From positions 3,888 to 67,887 of the forward strand of contig JBDHHA010000024.1 of the NCBI GenBank assembly GCA_039589615.1: a stretch of 64,000 nucleotides of DNA, read 5' to 3'. The DNA is from Gemmatimonadota bacterium (lineage in GTDB: Bacteria > Gemmatimonadota > Gemmatimonadetes > Gemmatimonadales > GWC2-71-9). The notes beneath the pieces are model-generated. The model did no database searches, was not told where the DNA came from, and was given only the letters and a program-made list of their open reading frames with translations. The position numbers and the translations under genes were made by a program. The stretch's first letter is position 1. Each line of letters opens with the position of its first letter. Positions 35,036-42,979 of the stretch are shown one piece after another.

Positions 35036-35308
35036 GTCTCATCCGCTGAAAAGGGTGGGGCGGTAATAATACTCTACGCCAACCTCGAGACAAAAAAATG
35101 GCCTCGGGGCCCTGGAGATTTCCTCGTAAGTGTACAGTAACTGTCGCTAAAATGTATTAACAGTGTCCTTAGTGTGTTCGCCTTAAACCAATGGTAATAA
35201 ATAGGTTACGTAGTTTCCACATAGAATCTGGAAAATGTAGAAAACTGTCATGCGCCATTGGTGGTGGCACTCCCGCGCGGCGTGTCCGTGTGCCATGTTT
35301 CGGTGAGC

Positions 35309-36474
35309 ATGGGGAAATCTGCAGGATCTCGGCAGCCTCTCCTCCTCGCCGACGACGACGCCCTCAGCACGTTCGTCGGTGATCTGAAGGAGCAGTCACT
35401 CGTCGCCCTGGACACCGAGGCGGCGTCCTACCACCGGTACGTCGATCGGATCTACCTGGTCCAGATCAGCGCTGAATCGAGCACTGCCATCGTGGATCCG
35501 CTGGGCGTGAGCAACCTCAAGCCCATTGGTCGCATCTTGGCCGATCCCGCCGTGGAGGTTGTCTTCCACGACGCAGATTATGACCTGCGTGTCCTCGATC
35601 GGGATTACGGCTTTCGGGCCAGGCACCTCTTCGACACCCGCATCGCCGCGCAGCTCCTCGGGGAGCCGTCCGTCGGCCTGGGTCCATTGCTGGAGAAGTA
35701 TTTCGGCGTAACAGTGAACAAGAAGATGCAGCGCGCCGATTGGTCCCGACGTCCACTCACGCCGGAGATGATTTCCTACGCCGCATCCGACACCGCGTAC
35801 CTCCTCAGGCTGCGGGACGAGCTGCGGCGCAGGCTCCAGGATCAAGGGCGACTGGAATGGGCCGAAGAGGAGTTCAAGCGCCTCGAGAAGATCCGGTGGA
35901 CCTCGAACGGGGGCAACGGCCAGGGCTTCCTTCGCGTCAAGAGCGCCAAGTCGCTCACGCCCAAGTCGCTGGCCGTCCTGAAGGCGGTGTACGAGTGGCG
36001 CGAGGGAAAGGCCGCCGACCTCGACCGAGCACCGTTCCGGGTGTTGGGCAACGACGCCCTCACCGCTCTGGCCCGTTCCGCACCTACCACCCTGCGCCGG
36101 CTGCGGTCATTGAAAGGAGTGCCGGCGGCTTCCGCCCGACGCTACGGTGAAGAGCTGATCCAAGCAGTGCAACAAGGTCTGGACACACCGCCGGAGAAGT
36201 ACCCCAAGGTCCGCGGCCGAAGGTGTCGCGGAGCGCCCAACAACGCGTCGAACGTCTCAAGGCGCTTCGCCAACGTGCAGCGAGCGATTTGGGAATTGAA
36301 ATCGGCGTCCTCTGTCCCAACGGCACGCTGCAGGCAATCGCCGTGGCGGCACCGACTACGTCAAAGGAATTGCGGAAGGTCGACGATTTGAAACGGTGGC
36401 AGGGCAAAGCCCTCGGCGAAACCGAAGTGTTGCACGCAGTGAATGGAAGCGAGAAATCAGTGACCCAGAAATGA
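35309..36474 (+). CDS. rnd: Ribonuclease D (DEDD 3'-5' exonuclease + two HRDC domains); reading frame broken by an apparent -1 shift near 36200-36225
   Basis: Frame A (35309 onwards) has the exonuclease motifs LVALDTEAAS and HDADYDL, plus HRDC1 (LKAVYEWREGKAADLDRAPFRVLGNDAL). After ...EKYPKV, frame A becomes Arg/Cys-rich junk until 36391. Frame B (open 36151-36474) encodes an HRDC2-like sequence, RVERLKALRQRAASDLGIEIGVLCPNGTLQAIA. Confidence 0.7.
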
Positions 36475-36753
36475 CCGCACCTTCGGGTCAATCCGCTCCG
36501 GCGTCCAAAACGGCTCCCACACCAATTCCACTTCGACACCCGTCACACCCTCCATCATCCGCACTGTCTGATCCACATCGCCCATGATTTGACCGCCCGC
36601 CGGACATCCCGGAGAGGTGAGCGTCATCTTGACGTGCACTTCACCCTCCTCGACGTCCACATCGTAGACCAGGCCAAGGTCCATGATGTTGAGGCCGATC
36701 TCCGGGTCCTTTACCTGCCGCAATGCCTTGCGAACCATGTCCGCGTCTATCAT
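36457..36753 (-). CDS. DUF59/MIP18-family Fe-S assembly protein (SufT/PaaD-like)
   Basis: VKDPEIGLNIMDLGLVY ... TLTSPGCP. The 3' end overlaps the rnd frame-B end by 18 nt in convergent orientation. Confidence 0.8.
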   Translation of the reverse strand: MIDADMVRKALRQVKDPEIGLNIMDLGLVYDVDVEEGEVHVKMTLTSPGCPAGGQIMGDVDQTVRMMEGVTGVEVELVWEPFWTPERIDPKVRSFLGH

Positions 36754-36817
36754 GGGCTCCCCCGTGGCTGCTTCCGAAAACTAGCGCCTGGCACGACCGC
36801 GGGCCACGGCCCGTGAT

Positions 36818-37960
36818 TCAGCAGCGCGCCGTTCCCCCTAGCGCTTCCAAGAGACGACACGAACGTTGCTGCAGCCGCACCGCCGCATCCGCGAGATCCG
36901 CTCGAATCCCTTTCAGCCGCGTGATCGACCGGCCTGTGCGCGGCGCGTATACACGGTTCGTCAGTAGGACCACGAACACGTTGCGTGTCGGATCGATCCA
37001 GATCGACGTCCCGGTAAACCCGCCGTGGCCGTATGCCTGCGGCGACAACAGCGTGCCTGTGTTCTCGCTCGTTGTCGTGTCATTGATCTCCCAACCCAAC
37101 GCCCGGTGACCCCGGCCCGGTTCCGTAAACGCATCCACCGTCTCGGGCTCGAGCACTACGACGCCACCATCCGCCGCGCCACGGCGGAGCTGCATCTGCG
37201 CGAACCGCGCAAGGTCTCGCCCCGTACTGTACAGACCCGCATGCCCCGACACGCCGTCGAAGCGGGCGGCGTTCTGGTCGTGGATGACCCCTTGAATTGG
37301 CGTACCGCGCCACACGTTGATGGGCGCGGCCCGCCTGCGCACGCTACGCGGGAGGTTGAACTGCGTCTGCTCCATCCCCACGGGTGCATGCAGTTCGCGA
37401 CGCACGAAATCGTCCAGTGATGTTCCCGATACCGCCTCGACGATCCACCCGAGCAACATGGCGTTCAGGTCGCTGTACTCGACACGTCGGCCGGGAGGCC
37501 AACGTAGCGGCTCCGACATCACCGTGTCACGCGCATCCGCCGCGTTGTCCGTCAGCGTGTTGAGCGGCAGAAAGGCACGGAGCCCCGAGGTGTGCGCCAG
37601 CAGGTCGCGTACCACTACGGCTTCCTTGCCGTCCCCGACGAACTCCGGCAGGTAATCGCGGACGGGGCGCTCGAGATCGAGCAGACCGCGATCGACGAGG
37701 AGCATGATCGCCGGTGTGGTTGCCACCACCTTGGTCAACGAGGCCAAGTCGTACAGCGTCGAGTCCGGGGATGGCGTCGTGGATTCCCGCGACCAGGTCA
37801 GGCCGCCATAACCCTTCGCCAAGAGCACCGTGTCGGCCGTTCCCACGACCACCACGGCACCGGGATAGACGCCACCCTGAATTCCGTCCCGAATGATCGT
37901 GTCGATCTCCGCAACGGGATGGGTTTGCGTCGCAAGGAGGAGTACGAGCAGATTCATCAC
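36818..37960 (-). CDS. Serine hydrolase, beta-lactamase (class C)/PBP4*-like family
   Basis: SxxK motif LASLTKVV, an N-terminal signal, and HGGFTGTS near the C-terminus. Confidence 0.8.
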   Translation of the reverse strand: MMNLLVLLLATQTHPVAEIDTIIRDGIQGGVYPGAVVVVGTADTVLLAKGYGGLTWSRESTTPSPDSTLYDLASLTKVVATTPAIMLLVDRGLLDLERPVRDYLPEFVGDGKEAVVVRDLLAHTSGLRAFLPLNTLTDNAADARDTVMSEPLRWPPGRRVEYSDLNAMLLGWIVEAVSGTSLDDFVRRELHAPVGMEQTQFNLPRSVRRRAAPINVWRGTPIQGVIHDQNAARFDGVSGHAGLYSTGRDLARFAQMQLRRGAADGGVVVLEPETVDAFTEPGRGHRALGWEINDTTTSENTGTLLSPQAYGHGGFTGTSIWIDPTRNVFVVLLTNRVYAPRTGRSITRLKGIRADLADAAVRLQQRSCRLLEALGGTARC

Positions 37961-38008
37961 AACGTTCTATCTTAGCCGTGACCTGGACGTCCGGAAAGAG
38001 AGAGGAGC

Positions 38009-39526
38009 TTGGTCAAAGTCACCCGTACCGCAGGAATCACCGGGCTTCCGGCGGCGACGCTGGCGTTCGTCGTCTGTGTCCAACTCTTCTGTCAGGTCGC
38101 AATCGCGTCGGCGCAAACGGCCGAGGACGTCATCGACACGCTGTTGATTCGCTCGATAACGCAATTCCTATCCCACGATAGCTTGCGGGGTCGCGCAACC
38201 GGATCCCCGGGAGCGGGGATTGCCGCTACGTATATCGCGTCGACGTGCGCGACACTCGGCCTCGCACCGGTGGACGACCGGTTCCTGCATCCGGTGCCGG
38301 TGGCACGGGCAGTATTCGATCCCCGGCAAACCCGTGTGACGCTCTCCAACAACGAAGGGGAGCGCACGTTCGAGGTCGTGAGGGATTTTCTACCCACCGG
38401 TGCCCGCCGTTCCACCCTCAAGGGATTTGCGGGACCCGCCGTCTTCGTGGGTGAGCAGGGTGACATCCTGTCGGGCCTGGCCGGTGACCTCACGGGAAAG
38501 GTCGCCGTCACGAGTGCGCCGTTCCTGCGGGCCGCAGCGGGAGACACGTTGCGGCGGCGAGGCGTGGCGGGGATCGTACACCTGATTCAGGACGAGGCGA
38601 CGCGGCAGTACGTGGAATGGTTGCGGGGCACACGCCCTCTGTATCTGCAAGACGCAACCGAGTCGTCGTTCTTTCCATCGCTGCCCACGGTTGCCGCCTG
38701 GCCCGAACTCTCCGAGGCGCTGCGAGACCTGTCCCGACTCACGTCCCCGGGAGACTTGCCGTGGGATCTGAACCTGGGGGTCACGGTGGAAACCGATTTC
38801 ACGTCCCAGGGCGTGACGAGTCACAACGTGGCATGCCTCGTTGCGGGGTCCGATCCGGAGGCACGGGACACCGCTATTGTCCTCACGGCCCACTTCGACC
38901 ACTTGGGAGTGGGGCGACCCGACGAAACCGGTGATTCTATCTTTAACGGTTTCTCAGACAACGCCGCCGGCGTCGCGATGCTCCTGGCCACGGCCAAGGC
39001 GGTGGCGTCCCGCGAGGAGCGCCTGCGGCACTCCGTGCTCTTCCTCTTTCTCACGGGAGAGGAGAAAGGCCTGTTGGGATCGGACCACTTCGTCGCGGAT
39101 CCTCTCTGGCCGTTGGAGGAGATCCTCGGCGTCATCAACCTGGATGCCGGCGCGCCCCCGGCTTCTCCCACCACCTGGGAAATTGCCGGCGGAGAGGGGA
39201 CGGCATTCGGCAGCCTGGCGGCCGAGATCGCGAGCTCGAGAGAGTGGACGACCCACAACTCCCAGGCGAGGCCCAACTCGGACTACTACCCGTTCTGGCG
39301 CCGGGGCGTGCCTGCGATCCTCATCATCCCAGGACCGGGGCCGTATGACGGACTCTCCATCGAGGATTCCCAGGCTCTGCGTACCAGATGGGATCGCTAC
39401 CACCGGGCGGGGGACGAGTGGTCGGTGTCCTTCCCGTTCCAGGGCGTCGCCCGCTACGCGGCGTTCGCCTACTTCATCGCCGAGGCTCTCGACGGCAGGG
39501 GACTGCCGGCGTTCGACAGGCGTTAG
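38009..39526 (+). CDS. M28 family peptidase with PA-like insert
   Basis: LTAHFDHLG, FSDNAAGVAMLLA, FLTGEEKGLLGSDHF, and a signal peptide. Confidence 0.82.
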   Translation: MVKVTRTAGITGLPAATLAFVVCVQLFCQVAIASAQTAEDVIDTLLIRSITQFLSHDSLRGRATGSPGAGIAATYIASTCATLGLAPVDDRFLHPVPVARAVFDPRQTRVTLSNNEGERTFEVVRDFLPTGARRSTLKGFAGPAVFVGEQGDILSGLAGDLTGKVAVTSAPFLRAAAGDTLRRRGVAGIVHLIQDEATRQYVEWLRGTRPLYLQDATESSFFPSLPTVAAWPELSEALRDLSRLTSPGDLPWDLNLGVTVETDFTSQGVTSHNVACLVAGSDPEARDTAIVLTAHFDHLGVGRPDETGDSIFNGFSDNAAGVAMLLATAKAVASREERLRHSVLFLFLTGEEKGLLGSDHFVADPLWPLEEILGVINLDAGAPPASPTTWEIAGGEGTAFGSLAAEIASSREWTTHNSQARPNSDYYPFWRRGVPAILIIPGPGPYDGLSIEDSQALRTRWDRYHRAGDEWSVSFPFQGVARYAAFAYFIAEALDGRGLPAFDRR

Positions 39527-40266
39527 CGGCTGGGTGGGCCCTTCAGCGACCCTGGCGGCAGGGAGTAGAGGAGCATCGCGGTCTTTCGATCCCGGCTGGT
39601 GAGATCGTGCACCGAGGTGGTGGGATACATCACGTCCCGCTCCAGGTCCGAGTGGCCGAGCCCCAGAAGGTGGCCGATCTCGTGAAGGGCGACGGTCCCG
39701 ACGGCCTCCGTGGAAAATGGGCGGCCGAGGTGCGAGTGGGTGGCCAGTGTCAGCGTGCCCTGCTGCAGGTGGCCGTCGCTGCGCCACACGAGATCCGCTT
39801 GGCCGGCCCGTCGGGCGTCGAACGCCTCGATGAAGCGGACTATCACGTCGACGTCGTCGGGGGACCGGACGAAATCGAACCGCACCGGGATGCCTCCGGC
39901 CCGACGCCAGCGGGGAAACGCGTCCCGCACGACCCGCCCCATGGCGGCGGTGTACCCCGGCGCAGTCGCGGGCTCGAAGTAGACCCTCAGAGGGCGGACT
40001 TCCCGATTCACCCAGCGGCGGAGAATGGAGTCGGATTCGGCGAGCATCGCCGGCAGATAGGTGTCGTCGGCGTTGATGGCTCTCAGGGTAGCCAGGCGGG
40101 CCGCTTCCAATCGCTGGGGACGGGGCTCCACGCTCCCACCCAAGTCGGCGCCGCCCGACCCGGAGCTGTCCGGCGCCGGCGCCTCAGCCACCGGAACCCT
40201 CCGCCCCAGGTTGAACGCCACGGCGGTGCCGGCCAAGAACACGGCGAGGATTAGGAATCGGCGCAT
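39523..40266 (-). CDS. Matrixin (M10) family zinc metalloprotease
   Basis: HEIGHLLGLGHSD (HExxHxxGxxH) plus a Met-turn VMYP, and an N-terminal signal anchor. Confidence 0.85.
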   Translation of the reverse strand: MRRFLILAVFLAGTAVAFNLGRRVPVAEAPAPDSSGSGGADLGGSVEPRPQRLEAARLATLRAINADDTYLPAMLAESDSILRRWVNREVRPLRVYFEPATAPGYTAAMGRVVRDAFPRWRRAGGIPVRFDFVRSPDDVDVIVRFIEAFDARRAGQADLVWRSDGHLQQGTLTLATHSHLGRPFSTEAVGTVALHEIGHLLGLGHSDLERDVMYPTTSVHDLTSRDRKTAMLLYSLPPGSLKGPPSR

Positions 40267-40425
40267 CGATTGAATATCCCATCGTTAGTGGGGAATCGCC
40301 ACTGACGAACCGCTAGCATCCGGCCTCGCACTCGCCTATGATTCACGCCTTTGAACGCCCGATCCGCACCCCTCCCCGACGGCGCGTGACCGGGTCGCCC
40401 GGCCTAGTAAACTGGAGGTTCTTGT

Positions 40426-42696
40426 TTGACTGCGCTGGCGCGCGCCGTAGTTCACCTGAGATTCCTGGTCATCGCCTTCTGGGTTGTCGTCGCTGCCGTG
40501 GCCATCCCCCGTGCCGCCCACGTGGACGACGTGCTGCGGTCGGAGGGGCGCTCTCTGCGCATGACGGAGTCGCGGCAGGTCACGCAGACCATGTTGGAGG
40601 CGTTCGAGCGGCCAACAGTCGCCTTCATGGCGGTGGTGATCACCGGCCCCATGCCAGTAGACAGCCAGCCTTATCGAAACGTTGTCGAGCGCCTGTCGGC
40701 AGCCGCGCTGGCCGAACCGTATATCGACCAGGTCGTTTCCTTCTTTAGTGCCAACGATTCGGGGATGGTGAGCGATGACCGCCTCACCACCACCTTCATC
40801 GCCACCATCCACGCGGAAGAGGCACCGAGCCCCGGCCATCTGACCCCCGGGTTCCGCGCCATGCTCGCCCGCACACTCGACCGGCTCCCGGGCCACAGGG
40901 ACTACCGGGTTCTCGTCACCGGGAACCCCGCCCTCGATTACGACGTCCGCACCGTCACGGCCGAGGACGCCAAGCGGAACGAACTCATCTCGCTCATCCC
41001 CACCTCCGGCGTGCTCGTTCTGGCCTTCGGCGCGCTCTTTGCCGCTGTCCTGCCCATCGTCGTGGGCGTCTTCGCCATCACCTGCTCCCTCGCAGCGGTC
41101 CAGGTGGCCAGCAGCTTCCACGAGATGTCGGTCTTCGTCCTCACCATCGTCACCATGGTGGGGTTGGCCGTGGGCATCGATTACTCCCTGCTGGTGGTGA
41201 ACCGGTTCCGGGAGGAGATGAACCGGGGGAGGAGTCCCCGGGAGGCCGCGGTGCGAACCGTCCAAACCGCGGGCCGTGCCGTGCTCACGAGCGGCCTCAC
41301 CGTGATTGTCGGGTTCGCCTCGCTCCTGCTGACACCGATAATCGAGACCCGCTCGGTGGGAATCGGCGGCCTGTTGGTGGTCTCGGTGGCCGTGTTGCTG
41401 GCGATCACGTTGCTACCCGCCACACTCTCGATCTTGGGGAGAACCGTCGACTGGCCCGGGTGGCTCGCCCGGCGACTCGCGTGGTACCACAAGCCCACCG
41501 CCTGGGAGCGATGGGCTCGGTGGCTCTCCAATCACCCGTGGCGGGCTCTGGCGATCGGCTTGGCCATTGCCGGCGCCCTCACCTGGCCGCTGTTCCACAT
41601 CCAGATCGGCCTCCCGTCGGGAGACTGGTTCCCCGCCGGCACCGAGTCCACCATCGGAGCCGAGGTGCTGGAGAGCGAAATCGGATCTCGCAATGCGTTG
41701 CTCCCCATACGGGTCACCATCGAGGCACCAGCCGGGGACCGCATCGTCAGCTCGAAGTTCGTCAATGGGTTGCGTCGACTCTCCGACTCCGTCGCCACAG
41801 ATCCCAGGATCTCCACGATCCGGGGTCCGGTAAACATTCGTACCGGCATGTCGCGCCTCGCGTACCTGGGACTCTACGGCAACCTCGCCCGCGCCCGGGA
41901 GCGCTATCCCGAATTCTTTGCCACGTACGTCTCACCTGACGGCCGGACGGCCCTGATGGACGTCACGATCGATGACAGCACCTCCTACACGGGCGCCATG
42001 GACGTCGTGCGGCGAATGCGGAGCATTGCCGGGGACGGCGTTCGCGGCCTCGACTCGGTCGAGATCCGCGTAGGCGGCTTCTTTGCGTCCAGCCTCGACT
42101 TGCAGGACGACCTCCTGGCTCAACTCCCCACCGTCATCGGCTTGGTGTTGGCCATCACGGGTATCATGCTGCTCATCGCCTTCCGCTCGATCCTCGTGGC
42201 GGTCAAGGCGGTGGTGATGAACTCGTTGTCGGTGGCGGGAGCGTTCGGCCTGTTGGTGCTGGTATTTCAGGACGGTGTCGGAGCCGGACTCTTCGGCCTC
42301 TCCGGATCGACAAGCGCCATCTACGTGGTCACGCCCGTGCTGGTGTTCGCCCTCGTGTTCGGGCTCAGCATGGACTACGAGGTCTTTCTGCTATCTCGCA
42401 TGAAAGAGGCGTTCGACCGCACGCACAAGAACGATCTCGCCACGATGGAAGGGTTGAGTGTCACTGCGTCGGTGATTACCAGTGCCGCGGCCATCATGAT
42501 CATCGTGTTCGGCACCTTCGCCTTCTCGCGTGCACTCGGCGCCAAGATGGTGGGGTTCGGGCTGGCGGTGGCGGTGCTGCTCGACGCCACGCTGATCCGC
42601 ATGGTGCTCGTGCCGGCCGTGATGCACATCGCCGGACGCTGGAACTGGTGGCCCGGAGTTCGCGTGCCGGCCGAGCCCGAACACGGCAGCGACTAG
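40426..42696 (+). CDS. MMPL family (RND superfamily) transporter
   Basis: Two repeats of TM1, a large loop, then a 5-TM bundle. It has the conserved GIDYSLLVVNRFREE and GLSMDYEVFLLSRMKE motifs. TTG start at 40426 with GGAGG upstream. Confidence 0.88.
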   Translation: MTALARAVVHLRFLVIAFWVVVAAVAIPRAAHVDDVLRSEGRSLRMTESRQVTQTMLEAFERPTVAFMAVVITGPMPVDSQPYRNVVERLSAAALAEPYIDQVVSFFSANDSGMVSDDRLTTTFIATIHAEEAPSPGHLTPGFRAMLARTLDRLPGHRDYRVLVTGNPALDYDVRTVTAEDAKRNELISLIPTSGVLVLAFGALFAAVLPIVVGVFAITCSLAAVQVASSFHEMSVFVLTIVTMVGLAVGIDYSLLVVNRFREEMNRGRSPREAAVRTVQTAGRAVLTSGLTVIVGFASLLLTPIIETRSVGIGGLLVVSVAVLLAITLLPATLSILGRTVDWPGWLARRLAWYHKPTAWERWARWLSNHPWRALAIGLAIAGALTWPLFHIQIGLPSGDWFPAGTESTIGAEVLESEIGSRNALLPIRVTIEAPAGDRIVSSKFVNGLRRLSDSVATDPRISTIRGPVNIRTGMSRLAYLGLYGNLARARERYPEFFATYVSPDGRTALMDVTIDDSTSYTGAMDVVRRMRSIAGDGVRGLDSVEIRVGGFFASSLDLQDDLLAQLPTVIGLVLAITGIMLLIAFRSILVAVKAVVMNSLSVAGAFGLLVLVFQDGVGAGLFGLSGSTSAIYVVTPVLVFALVFGLSMDYEVFLLSRMKEAFDRTHKNDLATMEGLSVTASVITSAAAIMIIVFGTFAFSRALGAKMVGFGLAVAVLLDATLIRMVLVPAVMHIAGRWNWWPGVRVPAEPEHGSD

Positions 42697-42974
42697 ACCT
42701 TCTTCTTCACCAACCGCAGTCCAGCTTCGAGCGACCACCTCCGCAGGTCCCAATGCCACGCGTCCACGCGCTCGCCCGTGCGTGGGTCCTTGAGGGGTTT
42801 GTATTGCAGCCACTCCGACGGCATTCCCAGTTCTTCCCCAAGGCGCAACAGCAATCCCTTGTCCGAGGACACCACATGGGCCATCGGTTCGCCGTTGTAG
42901 TTGTGGCGGTGGAACCAGAGCCCTCCGTCGAGCGCGAAGATCATGCCCTCTCGACGGCGGATAAACTCGAACAT
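42693..42974 (-). CDS. DUF4031 domain protein
   Basis: The pattern MIFALDGG...AHVVSSDKGLLLRLGEELGMPSEW...WHWDL resembles DUF4031. Start candidates are TTG 42983, ATG 42974 and ATG 42944. It lies directly after the polA stop (42980). Confidence 0.55.
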   Translation of the reverse strand: MFEFIRRREGMIFALDGGLWFHRHNYNGEPMAHVVSSDKGLLLRLGEELGMPSEWLQYKPLKDPRTGERVDAWHWDLRRWSLEAGLRLVKKKV

Positions 42975-42979
42975 GCCCT

